Of a stretch of 64,000 bases of DNA, positions 40,871-55,353 are shown one piece after another; positions within the stretch are counted from its first letter, which is position 1; each line of letters begins with the position of its first letter. Position numbers and translations under genes: made by a program. The stretch is from Octopus sinensis. Taxonomy: Eukaryota. A model generated the notes under the pieces. That model saw only the letters and a program-made list of their open reading frames with translations. It had not been told where the DNA came from and searched no databases. Location of the stretch: NCBI RefSeq assembly GCF_006345805.1, contig NC_042997.1, positions 55,800,001 to 55,864,000 on the forward strand, given 5' to 3'.

Positions 40871-43800
40871 AATTTTGTTTCTAAACGGTAAATATTTTGT
40901 TGAGCATTTGTGAAACATTTCTTGTGAAAACAATTTTCTACAACAGGCAGTGTTTGAAAAGGGATCGTCCGATAATACGGACAACCCCTAACAGACAATT
41001 TAGCATATATCATAAATTTTCAATACATTTCATCATCTTATCTCGAAACACAAGTCTCCATAATTTTAGGTGCAACCATGTAAGCTTATTACTAACCAGA
41101 AATTTTATGTCCCGTAAAAATTAACCATCTTTCCATTGGAAGGGAATCGATCGTTCCCATACAGAAGTCATACATCGAAAATGTCTAAAAGAATACTGAG
41201 GTTTATAAGCCGTAAGTGCAACTTCTATTCCCGTTGTTATATTGCATCTTTCTGTAATTTTCTGGCTGTTGCATCAAACTTTATCTATTTTTATCACATC
41301 TAATTTGTAAACTGTTATAGATTTCTAACTGATCAATAAATATTTCACTATATTGTTAGAGAGAGTAACACGGAAGTGCATGTGATCCGGTGCCTTTTAC
41401 TAAAAAAAAACGGGATTTTGTCGTTGTTTGTATCTTATAACTAACTATATACATTAGTGAAAGGTAAAAACTTGCAATTTTTTAATATATATATTCGAAG
41501 TTTCTTCACAATTTGGTCATATAGTTGAAAACTTTTGTCGCTTAAGAGTAGAATGTAAAGATAAAGCAAATATAATTACCCCTATTTAACTGCAGTATCT
41601 TCTTTAATCGTAAATTTCCGTGTATGTGTGTGTTTGAGCGTATGTATGAGGGTGTATGTGCATGTGCGAGTTTGTGTGTATGTGTGTGTGTGCGCGCGCG
41701 CGCGTGTGTGTGTGAGTGCGTGCCTGTGAGTGAGTGTTCAAAGGTCGCAGGAAACATTACCTTTTCAAACACCGCCTGTTATAGCAAATTGTTTCAGAAG
41801 CAATGCTCTACGCACAAGGGACCCTGAGATACTATTACACATATTTACTCTGTGTGTTCTTTTGACTTTTGTTGAGACCTGAAATAATACATAATTATTT
41901 GGAATTATTTGTTGAACACCTTCAGCTCAGACAATGTACTCTGATGAGTTCTTGGGAGTTTTATTCACACACGCACACACACACACACACACACATAAAT
42001 GACGGACTTTTTCGCTCAGCATTGTTACCTCATATCAAGTTTTACTTAGAACGTATTGGTCAACTACAGGCTATAATAAAAGAAATATGCTTAAAGTGTT
42101 ATGCTGTGAGATCGAACTTGAAATCACGCCGTTTCGAAATGGATTTCTAAACCATATATCCACGCCTGTGCCCATTTAGAACTGATAAAAGAGATTGTTG
42201 TGTGGAATTTATCTATAAACCAGGCAGTTTGGCGTAGAGTTTAAATATACACTAGGGAATAGGGAATGTTGATTAAACTTCAGTTATATGATGGATTGAA
42301 TAAAAATATGGTGGGATTTTAGTCATAGTTTGGATAAAAATAAACGCTGATATAGAACTCAGTGATACATTTGGGAGAACATTGCATTGCCTGCTGTAGT
42401 GGAAAGTGAGGTTTGTGCATACACAAGAGAGAAAGGAAATACGCCGAGAGAATAGAGCGAAGTTATTCATAGTTTAAATAGAGACAAAATAGCTCTTTAG
42501 GGATTTTAGAACTTATTAAATCAGAACTATACAAAAAGAAAACATAATTATATTGGAAGTAATTACAGAGCAGCATTTTGCAAATATTTCGTTGAGCTGA
42601 TTTCTGATTATTTCCATAAGTCAGGAAAGGTGGCGCAGTGTTAGTCTATGCAATTAGTCTATGCAATAGACCACAACACATTGTTTCTTATCTATTTTTT
42701 TCCATTCACTCTTCGTTTGACCAGTATTCTCAATGTTTCATTCTTTTCTATCTTCTCGGTCTTTTTCTTTTTCTTTTTTCCTTCGTCCACTTTTCAGTTT
42801 GTGGGAAACCATAGAATTTATTCTGGCGTGCTGTAAGAACTCTAAAATATAATGTGGTATCTTTAGCTTTTACTTGTTCCAGTCATTGAACTTCAGCCAT
42901 GCTGGAGCACAACCTTAAGATATTTAGTCGAATAAATCGATCCTAGTATTTAGTTTTCATGTGTGGTACATATTCTATAGGCCTCATACCTCAGACTTCT
43001 ACAATTGCCGTCTACCAAATTATCTAACATTATCATAATTCTTTCTAACATTAACTGCCTTAAAATTATCGCCAGTATAATCTACTGGCTGTTTTTCTTC
43101 GATAGAATTCCCAGAGCGTCGAACAAAATCTCTCAAAGTATTTCTTTTCAAACGTTTATGTTCTGTTTTCTAATCCTACAGATATCGATTTTTCTTGCTA
43201 TTCTTCCGCGGTCGATGCAATAAGTGCAAACTAAATATTTAGTTTGATATAACTGACTCCAGGATTGCTCCAGATATTATGGCCAAGTATTAATGATGTC
43301 TATTTTTATAATAAAAGCACTGTTTAATGACTCGTGGTAAACCGTCGGAGAAGTGAGACAGTCGATTCCTAGTTAGAGATGCCTAGCATCTATCTATCTT
43401 AGGTACTTGTGAAATCTTACAGAGGTGACTAGGCCACTGAGTGAATCACTATGTTGTCCTTCAACTACCCAAGAATAACTGAAATCTTTCTCTTGTTACA
43501 CCCTACCCACTGGTGACTCACAGCCATGGCTGGAACACCTTTAATCATTGGTCTCTTTGTCCACAGCTGACCCGGAGCTAAACTCTAAGATCAAATTACA
43601 AAGATGAGTTAAATGAAGGCGGAGATTTTGGCAGATACATTTTCATTCCAGAGTAAAACTTTTGTACTTGATTATATAAAAGCCATACGGGCATATTAGA
43701 CACAATCTAATTTCAGTAGCGAATTATCGGGGCACGGGGTGAAAGGTCAGTCAGGGACAACATTAGCATATCGGGTGGCCCAACGTCGCATATAGGAGTC

Positions 43801-44392
43801 TGTGTGATTTCTTGAGACATCGTTTTTGGTAAAATAGGTCTTATATGCCATAAAACATGGTAATGCCAGTACCAACAGAGACGAGGAGGGAGTTTTTGTG
43901 TTTTGTCCTGACATGCTAGCAATGACAGTTAAATTTCCCCCAAATCATATTTCATTATTATCGAGTAGCAGACGACCACAACCTTCTGCCCATTATAACT
44001 TTAATATTCAGTTGGGTCCCATGGTCGGTTGATTGAACCCTAACTATCGGTGGCATTTGAATCCCTTGGAACAATTTGAACGTAAAACGTCGAGAGCCGG
44101 AATAGATGATGGAAAGGCATTACATTCGACGCTCTAAAATTCCACATATACACAAGTCCTGGTCCGATACTCTAATTATCGGTCCGAAAATATGGAATCC
44201 CAAGTTAACCTCGGCAGAATTTCAACTAGAAGCACTGAGAGTCAAAGAAAATTTGGCGTGTGATCCCGTGTAGTCCTAAAAAGAGGGGATGGTCACGGCT
44301 GGAATACTTTTGAACATAAGGTTATGCGATTGTGGCTAATCAAGACTAAACAACAACTAGTACAATAGTTTTACTACAGCGAGCCTCTAAAG

Positions 44393-44646
44393 CAGTAATT
44401 CTCAACCATTTTTTGCTCATGGACCCTTTTCATTCCTATTTTACTCTCCTGGACCGCCATTCCCATTCACTGAATATAAAAAAATCTTACGGTATTTTTG
44501 TAATTAAATATTTTGGGGAATTGTATAAAAAAATTGAAATGTTTTGTGTATTGTAGAAATATAATTATTACACATAAATGTTAACAACAAAATATTATAT
44601 GGACACCCACCACCAGGCCATATGGACTCCGGTTGAGAACCTCCTG
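44393..44646. mobile_element. hAT (Charlie-like) MITE
   Basis: TIRs cagtaattctcaacc / ggttgagaacctcctg. 8-bp TSD ctctaaag (44385-44392) / ctctaaat (44647-44654). Confidence 0.85.
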
Positions 44647-45699
44647 CTCTAAATGGTTGCTTGATCAACGAGAAATAGAAGATACACCACACTGCCTTCA
44701 AAACACACTCGACTACAAAATGGATGGATTGGTTTGGTAATATAGTTCTGGATACACTATGCCTGAATATAAGGCTGAGTGGTCACGGCTGGAACCGCTT
44801 TGATCATAGGTCTGCTAGATCAAGGCTGAACTGGAACTAAACATCACCTACTTGTTGACTATAGTGATTGCTTCTTGTGACAATGTTTATGTTTGAGATT
44901 TAAAGGACTGGTAAATGGAATGTTGTAAAATTCAAACCTGTTTCAACATGTCAGGTCTAATTTCCAGGTAGAACAAAGAAGCGAGATCATAATTCAATGC
45001 TTGAAGTTTGCAAAGTAGTTTGATGTTTTACATGATTCAAATTGATTGCTCCGATTTGAGAATAAATGGAATTTTTATTGCCAAAAGTCGCCGACATACT
45101 GTTTAGCCGGAGTAGGATAAAAGGCATCAAATCGGCACCACAAAGTCTACAAACAATTCTGTATATGAATGCATATTACATCTGCATAATAAATGATAGG
45201 AGTCTATCTATGTGAATGAACATACGTATATATTGCTATTGAAACTGTGTCATTATTGTAATTATTGTATAACTACAGTATTTATTATTCTATTCCATAT
45301 CCATTTTTGTATATTATTATTGTCATTTCATATGTATCGATTATTAATGTTTCTGTTTTATTTTATTGGGCTTTTGCTTATTTATATCTCTTTCAACTCG
45401 AACTGCGATGTACTTTTCGTTGTATTTGCATAAGTAAAAATAATAGAACTGAATAAAACTGAAGCAGAAAATCTTTATTTGGCACGGCGGCAGCTATAGA
45501 GATACAACAACGAGGCAGCAATTATTTCGTACATATTCAATCAGAAATTTCAAGCACATGGTTCGCTGCTGATTATATATTTAATCTTCATTATAGAATG
45601 GTAAAATGTTTAAAAGCGCTTCTCTTTCAGACTCAATGTAACTATTACGTTCGTCAAATCGTACACTATTTTCTAGTGTAAAGGTTTCAAGTTACCGCC

Positions 45700-46700
45700 A
45701 TTTCAAATTACCTCCAAGAAAAGTCAATGGGCCTTCATCTCGACGCTTGGAGAGGCCCATACCATCCAACTGCGTCGTGAGGCGCTGGACGGACCGGTTA
45801 AATTGTTCGGAGACTGTTTTGGTGGGGACCCCTAAGTGGAGTATTGGGATCGCCTGACCGTGTCTTGCTCCAGTTCACATCTCACAAGACAAGAGTTCCT
45901 GCTCTTTCACTTTCTATGGGACGACGCGTTCCATTGGTTAGGCGATCCATTTGTTGTCAATACCTATTGAGGGGAGGACTGAGAATGCCGTGGCTAATGA
46001 TGTGCAGACATAAGCTGAAACTGGAGCATCTCAAGCGTTTTCTAGACGGTGAGTTGCTGTGGTTCTCATTTATCAGACTCGCTTTTCATAGTTTGTCGCT
46101 TTTTAGAGCTGCAGTCTTGGCTAAAGCGTAGGGTCAAACAAGGTGCTTGGCACCTAGAGTGTCGTACTGGTGCTCAAAGCTTTCTGCCAGTCGGACAATG
46201 TAGTCTGGGGAACTTCTACTTTGGCATTATATACAGTATTCGTGGCCGCCAAGAGCAACGATGTTCCCGGAAAACACTTTGAGCATCGACGAGAATCAAC
46301 TGGTTTGTCTAACTTGGAATACTTTCAAATAGAACCCAATGGATAATTTCTAGAAATCTCTGGCCTGGCAGTGCCACCAGATGGAGACATCGAGATAAAT
46401 TCTACAAGCATGATAGTGCCGTCAGCAGGGCCTACACGAGATGCGTGTTGAGCAACGAAACTGTTCTGTATGCAATCGTCCGGTACCTCAGCATTGCTCA
46501 TTTTTGGAGTTAGGTTGTGCACCAGTTGCCAATGTAGGACGGATCCGGCTATTAACTGAGTCCATTGTGAAGATCACCTACAGCCCATCATTAGCCGGGA
46601 AGACAGACAGTATTTATCTGCATGGTGACCTTGGCAAAAGAGGTGGTGTGGTGGACCAGACTGAAAGGGCTGAAGACAGACGAATATTTTATAATTTTCT
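45700..46700 (+). mobile_element. Tx1/L1-clade LINE 3' fragment
   Basis: RGGLRMPWL...LKRFLDG, DNF.KSLAWQ, RDKFYKH, CTRC..NETV and RIRLLTESIVKI across frameshifts. Confidence 0.65.
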
Positions 46701-46832
46701 AGTTGTATAATGCCTCTACGGCCACAAATTTGCAGTATATATAATCTTCCTATGTCAGATTTTAGTGGTATATTGTAAATGCAATCATTATTTTCTACAG
46801 GTGCTTTATATTCTACAGGTGCTATTATTATT

Positions 46833-47387
46833 GAGTGAGAGAGCAGTGCATGCCATCAAAGTGACACTGGGGTAAAATATACGAAGCCCAGTATACCCAT
46901 CGTGACTACCCGTCTGATAAGGGTACACCAGGCACATGCATCACAACCATATGTGTGCAACATGGTGATCTCATATCAAGATAAACAGCACATTTTCTTG
47001 CAGTTGGGACCCAGTTAGAATTTTCTTCTGGTCGAGTAACCTATCCCGCTCAAAAGGTCACTGAATAAGGGTTGTTTAAAGATGTTGAACGAAACACCCC
47101 TGTTTCCAGATATGAATTATTCAAACCTCAAAGAATCCCTATCAACACATGGCTATGATGCTCCCCCACTACTTCTGCTTGTGATCAGAGATGCACATAT
47201 CGTCAGCCACTAAGGGACATGCTCAACTGGTCAAGGTCAAGCAACTGACAAGCAAATCTGTGGTATTGAGCGGAATACTTGATGTAGCCCATCTTTTATA
47301 CCAACACAAAACAATGTACATGATAACACTTCCAATCAGTTAAGATTAGAAACCATGAGAGCCACTACCTGGTACTGCATCAGGGAT
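46833..47387 (-). mobile_element. ~550-bp non-coding repeat, copy 2
   Basis: Homologous to 35605-36138. attattatt on the left, (ACT)n on the right. Confidence 0.85.
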
Positions 47388-47394
47388 ATTATAA

Positions 47395-47395
47395 T

Positions 47396-47450
<55 letters not shown>

Positions 47451-47471
47451 GCAGCTGCTGCTGCTGCTACC

Positions 47472-47504
<33 letters not shown>

Positions 47505-47563
47505 ACTACTACTACTACTACACTACTACTACTACTACTACTGCAGCTGCTGCTGCTGCTACC

Positions 47564-47632
<69 letters not shown>
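47395..47632. repeat. (ACT)n/(GCT)n compound microsatellite with 92-bp internal duplication
   Basis: gcagctgctg block at 47451 and 47543. Confidence 0.9.
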
Positions 47633-47633
<1 letters not shown>

Positions 47634-48170
47634 TCAATATTATCTAAATATACATAAACAAAAGATTTGCAGGTGTAATCTGAAATCATAAGCTGTAAGA
47701 CAGAAGAATCTAAGAATAGCAGGTTTTAACTAAAATCAGTTTCACCATATTTTCAGGCTATGAGAACAGGATTTAATGTAACTGTAGTGGTGTAAGGTGA
47801 AGCAGGGGCAAAATGGAATGGCTACACCGACACCCACAGCAGTAAGACATTCTACAATCTACTATTGGCATTTCTATGTGTTTCTGAATGGAATATATTA
47901 TTGCATATTACATTGCTTCTATTGATCTAGGTATTGCAGATAGGTTCGACATTATCCGGGATGTTGTCTCCGTTAGAATGTCATTTCATGCAGCGAAATT
48001 TAGTTCTGTCATTCGCTAAATACTTTGAAAATGCAGATAGAACCCGCTTCTAAACAAGAGTTCGGAAGCAAAGAGTAGAATTTTGTGGATCAGTACGTTG
48101 GTCAGTAGATGGAAAGAGAAAGGAAAGTAAATAGTAGAGAGAAGCGAGAGGGTGAAAAATTGTCAAAGGC

Positions 48171-48307
<137 letters not shown>

Positions 48308-48906
48308 ACTAAAAAGAAATATCTATAAAGACATTCGACCTTCCAGATACAAAAAATAAGAGGCAAATCTACCTCAAATTACGCAGTACTGACTTTAGAA
48401 CATGGGTGATGCATATTAAATGATATAGTTCTAGAGACATAACGGCTGGAAAAAAGCTGGATGATCAAAACTCAGAGATATTTTCATAACCCGAGACTAA
48501 ACAACTACCACAGAAATATATAATAGATTTAGTTCATACTCTTTTGTTTTAAGGATGAGAAAGCTTTATTGATAGTTGAATGTTGCCAAAGAAAATATGA
48601 ACTAGTTTTAAAACGAGTCTAATTAATGACAACAAAAATAATCTACACAGGTCTATTTTTTTCATGGCCTGTAAGATATAGAAGCAATGATAATTGTATT
48701 TTTTTTATCCTATTTGTGTATTTGTTAAACATTGATTCATATTAAGCCCTGGAATAACATATTAACATATGTTGTGTTTCGGCCACAAGAAATGTAGTAG
48801 AGAAAATGACACACACATATACACAAACGCGCATACGTACATTTATACGTGCATGTGTGCGTGTATGTGTATAAACTATAGTAGCTTTTTCGGCTTTGTA
48901 TTACAT

Positions 48907-48966
<60 letters not shown>

Positions 48967-48989
48967 TACATATATATATATTATTTATA

Positions 48990-49160
48990 AAAAAAGAAAC
49001 GGAGAAAAAAAACAACATCGCGAGGACGTGGTACATGAAAACTATTAATAAGAAGCTCAGGGAAGGAAAGAAAAGGTGTTTTACGTTTCGAGCAAAAAGC
49101 CTCTTTTTCAGAAACAGATGACAGGGGGAAGTCCAAAAGGAAAGAAAAGACGGAGGAAAA
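48990..49160 (-). repeat. Third copy of the hammerhead-bearing short repeat
   Basis: Minus 49116-49077: tgtttCTGAAAAagaggc-ttttt-gctcGAAACGTAaaaca. Shares ccacgtcctcgcg...tgttgttt with 37418-37840. Confidence 0.75.
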
Positions 49161-49408
49161 ATAAAATTACTGCTGTTGTTTGTCAACAATGACTATCGGC
49201 GGTGTATTTTTCGTTTGTCACTATTATTTATGACATCGTTCGTGCGTTTGTACTGGTTTTAAGATTTTAGGGTTAGGGTTTTAGAGTTGGGGTTACATTT
49301 TTAGGGTTAGGGTTGGGGTTTTAGGGTTAGTGTTGTCATAAATAATAGTGACAAACGAAATATGCACTGCCGGAAGTTCTTGTTGACAAACAACAGCACT
49401 AATTTTAT
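49161..49408. repeat. 75-bp inverted repeat enclosing degenerate (TTAGGG)n
   Basis: 49161-49235 is the near-perfect reverse complement of 49334-49408. ttagggttaggg-like units at ~49267-49330. Confidence 0.88.
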
Positions 49409-49714
49409 ACAGCTGAATACACGTCTTTGATTGGTTGAAATTACCGAAATACGAAAACTTTAACGTGAAATAACTTCGTCAATATAAGTTTTTTTCTCAA
49501 AAAATGCTAAGAGTAAAAGATGTTTTATATGACACAGTCTACCAGTGTCCGAAGTTTGAAAGTGTTTAGTTACAAAAAATTATTTTTTAAATCTGTAGGT
49601 CAAAAGGTAAAGATCCCTATTTTCGTAGTTTCAAAGCCTTTCTGGTTCGCAGTTTTGACTTTTTTTATTATTATTCACTGCCGAATATAACTGCGCTTGC
49701 GCAGGAGATTTGAA

Positions 49715-50130
49715 AATTATAATGTATATATGATGATCTGGGAGGATTGGGCCCCTAGCCGGACGTCGATAAGACAGATTGAAAGATCTCAGCTGGCGGC
49801 AAACTATCTCTGCGCAAATGGGTCTGTGGTAAGTCCCTGTAATCTGCCTAGCTGATTCCGTTGCCCTCCGGAATCGCTCCTGCAAGTGCTATCCGTGCAG
49901 GTAGTGATCTTCACGTGCCGTTGTAACCCTCGGTTGGCCACTGCGTAGACGATCATCCGTGCTGTTTGTGGCATTGTATCGCTCCTTCAGCTGCTCAATT
50001 ATCCTAATACTGCAGTTCAAGTCATTAGCAATGACCAGCATTGAGACGTCCAATAGCTTGGTCCCTCTGATTTCATGTCAATCTTGATATGCTCGTTGCC
50101 TTCGGGAAACGAATGACAGGCTGGTAAATT
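49715..50130 (-). mobile_element. Tc1-like transposase N-terminal (HTH) fragment
   Basis: AIGRLNAG...IANDLNCS...DDRLRSGQPRVTTAREDHY...RFRRATESARQI...RRPARGPIL. Confidence 0.8.
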
Positions 50131-50474
50131 TGGATACCTTGTTTTGCATGTGCATCATATTTTTCAAAGAAATGCGTTCGCGAGCATTACCATGTTCACA
50201 AAATATTAGCAAGTTCGAACCTACATGTAATCCTTGCGTTTTCAAAAAGGAGTGGTGTTGTGGGTCAGTGACATTTTCCTGATGGTAAATTATCTTGAAA
50301 TGTTATCAATATCGCGTGTAAAACAAATAATCTTTTACAGTGCGATGTTTTTTTTTTGTTTTTTAGGGGTTTTTTTTGTAGTTCAGTATATATACATACA
50401 TATAGATAGATAGACAGATAGCTAGCTAGATATATATATATTTAGAGAGAGAGAGAGAGAGAGAGAGGGAGAGG

Positions 50475-50539
<65 letters not shown>

Positions 50540-50775
50540 TAGTTCGCAGATGGGTAGTTCACAGATGAGATCTAAAGATACGCCGCATAGACGACATTTA
50601 GTAGTGCTCAAAAGATCAACTGAGACTCCGATGTCTTAACAGGGGATCGATTCTACAAAGTAAAGAACGATTACAAGAGGAATCAAGTTGAGCGGTTACA
50701 GAGGCAACTCTGCGAATAAACATATTAGACACTTTAAAATATATTTAATGTCTAATTTGTTTATCCTCAAATTGC

Positions 50776-50812
<37 letters not shown>

Positions 50813-50834
50813 TATTATATTATTATTATTATTA

Positions 50835-50870
<36 letters not shown>

Positions 50871-50874
<4 letters not shown>

Positions 50875-51100
50875 TAGTTTTATTTTTATAGCGTGCTTTC
50901 ACTTCACTACCGAGCGCAGCTCTGTGTGCCTTGGGTATGTGCTGTGATTTGTTGTGATGCTCTGATGGTTATTGTATGGAAAGTGTTCTGCGTAGGATGT
51001 GTGCAGTGCCTAGTAGTGCAATTTTCTGTATGTTATATGTGTTTGTAAGTCCTGGTGTTTTTGTTATGTATTTATCTGAATATTTTTTTATCATGCCTAA
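50871..51100 (-). mobile_element. 3' end of R4/Dong-like LINE, flanked by (ATT)n on both sides
   Basis: ORF 50969..51172 ends LGMIKKYSDKYITKTPGLTNTYNIQKIALLGTAHILRRTLSIQ. Same family as 36304-36612. Confidence 0.85.
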
Positions 51101-51672
51101 TATTATTATTATTATTATTATATATGTATGTATGTATATTATATGTATGTATGCATGTATACACGCACACATTATGAATGCGTGTAGGTATTATATAAGT
51201 TCACAGATAAAAATTCAGTTTCAATAAATCTTATCCTTTAGAACATGTATTGAGCACTCATAATATTTATTCCCTGTATTTTACTACAACAAGAGCAGAT
51301 TGTGTGAATTGAGGCTAGATGACGTCGCTTACATGCTGCTCAGGACAACACTCGAAAAAGTATAAAAGGTAATGTTATAGTCACAAAACAGCAACTGTGA
51401 TATTAAGATTTCCATGTTTCTGACTGAAGAACGACAATTATCCGAAGCGTTAAATTTTCACTCATCACGGAAATTTGCTTTTATCCACGAACTTTTATAG
51501 ACAAACTTTTCCCAGCATCAGTCGCCACCATTATACTTCGATTCAGGATCTTAGTTTAGTCGGAAATGTACAAGTGAACAAGAGTGTCTCCACGTGACGC
51601 CTGAACTGTGAGAAAAACAGACAAACCGCCTTCTCTACTACCAACGAAGAGAAAGGACACATTGAACAATGT

Positions 51673-51973
51673 TTTGTTTTTCCTTGTCGAGCCGTGCCTG
51701 GCTCATAAGGGCCGGTTTCCCGGTTTCCTTGGCGTATAGGTTCCCCACCTGGACGGGACGCCGGTCCGTCGCAGGTGAGCTGCAAGATGCAGGACGAAAG
51801 AGTGAGAGATAGTTGTGGCGAAAGAGTCAGCAGAAGTTCGCCATTACTTTCTGCTGGAGCCGCGTGGGGCTTGGGTGTTTCGCTCATAAACACACACATC
51901 GCCCGGTCTGAGATTCGAACCCGCAATCCCTCGATCGCGAGTCGCTGCTCTAACCACTAGGCCATGTGCCTCC
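51673..51973 (-). mobile_element. Full-length tRNA-derived SINE (family C) with perfect TSD
   Basis: Head ggaggcacatggcctagtggttagagc...gggttcgaatctc. acattgaacaatgt at 51659-51672 and 51974-51987. Confidence 0.9.
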
Positions 51974-52491
51974 ACATTGAACAATGTAGACTTAAGATGC
52001 CGATTAAATGAGATGGTCATGAGTGGAACTCCTTAAATCATAGGTCTGCTGTGTTTGGTCTGACTTATGGCTAAAATGTAATACTAAAAATAACAACGAC
52101 AACATTAACAACAATTTATTCGAAATATAGCGATTGAGAAAAAAAAAGAAAAACTAAAATAAATAGCAAATAAAAGCAGGGGAAAAATACAAAAACATGA
52201 GCCGAAATGTTGGCCAAAAAGCACCGTATACATAAATGCATATATTAACATGGTGACATTTATAAGTATTCAAAATGTGTTATTTCATTGGTTCAAGTTC
52301 ATGCACCCCACCCCCCATCGCTACCCGGCCTCAGATGCCAATCGTCATCTCCACAGGCCACTCCATCACCACAACCACTATTAACCATGTCTTACACTCC
52401 TCCAAAACATTTCTACCACTTCGGCTGCAACGGCCACTGTCACTAGGACTCCTACTCACAACAACAACAACTACTACTACTACTACTACTG

Positions 52492-52528
<37 letters not shown>

Positions 52529-52795
52529 AGCAACAATGACAACGCAGTGGAAGCACGGTTGCAGCTTCAGCAATAGCAGTAGCAACAGCAGCAACAACAA
52601 CAGCAACAACAACAACAGCAGTCGCAGCAATGGCAAGAGTAACTGAATAGAAAATATCGTCGTTGAATTAAATTTTGTGATTAGATAAGAAGGGGAAAAA
52701 AAGGGATGCATGGATAGAGAGAGGAGGAGAGAGTGACAGAAGGAGAGACAAAGAGAGAGACAGACAGAGACAGGCAGAGAGAGAGAAGGTAATAG

Positions 52796-52832
<37 letters not shown>

Positions 52833-53389
52833 CTGTTAGCTGGAAAGAGTATAGAACTTTGTAACGAATAAATACAGAAAATGAAACAAGACTAAGAGTG
52901 TGCATGCGCGTAGGTGCATACATACACACACCCACTCACACGCACACGCACATGCATTTATATGTACGATTATTTATGTGTGTGTGTAGATATGTGCATA
53001 TATACATATACGTATATTGTGTGTATGTATGTGTGTGTGTGTGTGTGTATGTGTGTGTATTTATGAAGCGGTCTATCTTGTATTCAGTTCGAAACTCTTC
53101 AAGCAACCCCTGCAGTCAAACTTGGTGCAAAACACACTGCTCTGAACTTTTCTGGGTGGTTTAGGCGAGGCCGGAAGAGATGTTCTAGAGCTTGGGCAAC
53201 CGAGAATTTCCATACACCCATCCCAAGTTCGCCTTAGAGAGACCGATTAACATACAAAAGTGTGCTCGGCTGTATGTGGTGGTGGTGGGGGGGGGCTAGT
53301 TCAATCCTTTTACATAAATATACACACACTCACACGCACACATCTATGTATGTGTGTGTGTTTGTGTGTATGTGTGTGTGTGTGTGTGT

Positions 53390-53441
<52 letters not shown>

Positions 53442-54105
53442 CCGCCTAATTGAGATGATGTTTGTTGTTTTCTCACTAATTTTCTCTTTTATTCTTTCTG
53501 TAGAAAAGCTTGAATCATTAGACTTTACAGATTTCTGAGCGTAATCCTAATAAACCATGTGTATTCTTTTAATCTTTCACTTGTTTCAGTCGTTTGACTG
53601 CGACCATGCTGGAGCACCACCTTGAAGGGTTTTAGTCGAAGAAATTGACCCCAGGATTTCTTTTTTTTAAGCCTAGTACTTATTTTATCGGTCTGTTTGG
53701 TCGAACTGCTAAGTTACGGGGCCGTAAACACACTAACGCTGGAATATTTTGTTATTGTTTTTATAGTTGTTAGAGCGTGGAACAATGTCTCGAAGCATTT
53801 GCTCTGACTATTTGCGCCCTAAGATCAAATCCCACCACGGTCAACTTCACATTTCAAATTTTTCAAGAGTAATAAAAAGTGGATACCAGTCCAAGGCAAT
53901 GAGTGAGTAGAACTGTTGGAGAACCGGAGAGGGGTTTCTTCGTGGTAACTGTACCAGCTCTTTATATTTTGATGGCATACAATGAGGCTGGGGGCCAATT
54001 TGTATCGGCAACATCGGTGACCTAGTGATGAGAGACCATCATGAATGGACAACGATCAGTCTTCCACAACAAGCGTTGTCTAGGCAAGCGTATACATATA
54101 CAAAT

Positions 54106-54850
54106 ATAACACCCTGTATCCATGACGGAAGCACTAGCGTTTTAGGGTGATTAATTTTTATAGAAGTTTGAGACACAACCTTAAAATATTTACGTATATT
54201 ATGAAGTGGACTCCATATTGGAGTCGCCGGAAGGCTCGGAGAATGGTGCGTCGGAGAGATAGGGTGGTGGGGTGGTAACTTTTGAGGACACCTCTTTCAG
54301 GAGCTGAAACTTTCTTTTAACATTTTTTTCATCTTACTTTTCAGATGAATAATGTCAGACGAAAAGGTGTTAGAGGAAGTTGTGAGGCCCTGAACAGTGT
54401 ACGCCAGGGAAGACGGTACATCTTCCAACAAGAATCTGCGCCGTCTCATAAGATGAGGATAATCCAAACGTTGATGCATGCTAATCTCCATGATCATGTT
54501 CTCCCATATACATGGCATCCTAGCTCACTTGGCTTCCATCCACTGGACTATTACGTATGGGGCGTAATCGAGAGGGAGACCAGTCAACAACCCCTTAGCA
54601 CCATGCAATCTCACAAGTTCTCCATAGCCAACACTCTGTCCAAAATTGATAAACATCGTCTGATTCGAGCATGTCAAGACTTTCGACTCAGTAATGAAGC
54701 AGCCATTGATACTAACAGTGAATCCAATGAGCAGATGTGATAAAAAGGATTCTCAAGAGTATTTGTACCAGTTTGTTTTCAAACATAGCTTTTTTTTTTC
54801 TTTGATGTGCAATGCTTCTTTTTCTAAAATCCATATAATTGGCGGTCACC
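54106..54850 (+). mobile_element. maT/DD37D transposon deletion derivative
   Basis: ORF 54345..54740: YIFQQESAPSH...WHPSSLGFHPLDYYVWGVIE...ACQDFR. Confidence 0.78.
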
Positions 54851-54996
54851 TAGCGGTTCGGTAAAAGTGACTGATAGAATAAGTACTAGGCTTACAAAGA
54901 ATAAGTCCTGGGTTCGATTTCTTCGACTAAAGGCGGTGCTCCAGCATGGCCGCAGTGAAATGACTGAAACAAGTAAATGAGTAAAGGAGTAAAGGA

Positions 54997-55112
54997 GTTA
55001 GTTGGTTAGTTTGTTAGTTAGTTAGTTAGTTTGTTAGTTAGTTAGTTAGTTTGGTTGTTAGTTAGTTAGTTAGTTAGTTAGTTTGGTTGTTAATTAGTTA
55101 GTTAGTTAGTTG

Positions 55113-55161
<49 letters not shown>

Positions 55162-55164
55162 CTC

Positions 55165-55202
<38 letters not shown>

Positions 55203-55219
55203 AGTTAGTTAGTTAGTTT

Positions 55220-55292
<73 letters not shown>

Positions 55293-55295
55293 CTC

Positions 55296-55353
<58 letters not shown>
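54997..55353. repeat. (GTTA)n microsatellite
   Basis: Direct reading. Begins at the tail of a family-B SINE. Confidence 0.95.

Noticed and set aside
49267-49330. True telomere
   Set aside because: Short, degenerate and internal.
53060-53250. GC-richer island with short open frames; similar one at 43690-43930
   Set aside because: No recognisable motif or paired splice sites; cannot be assigned without a search.
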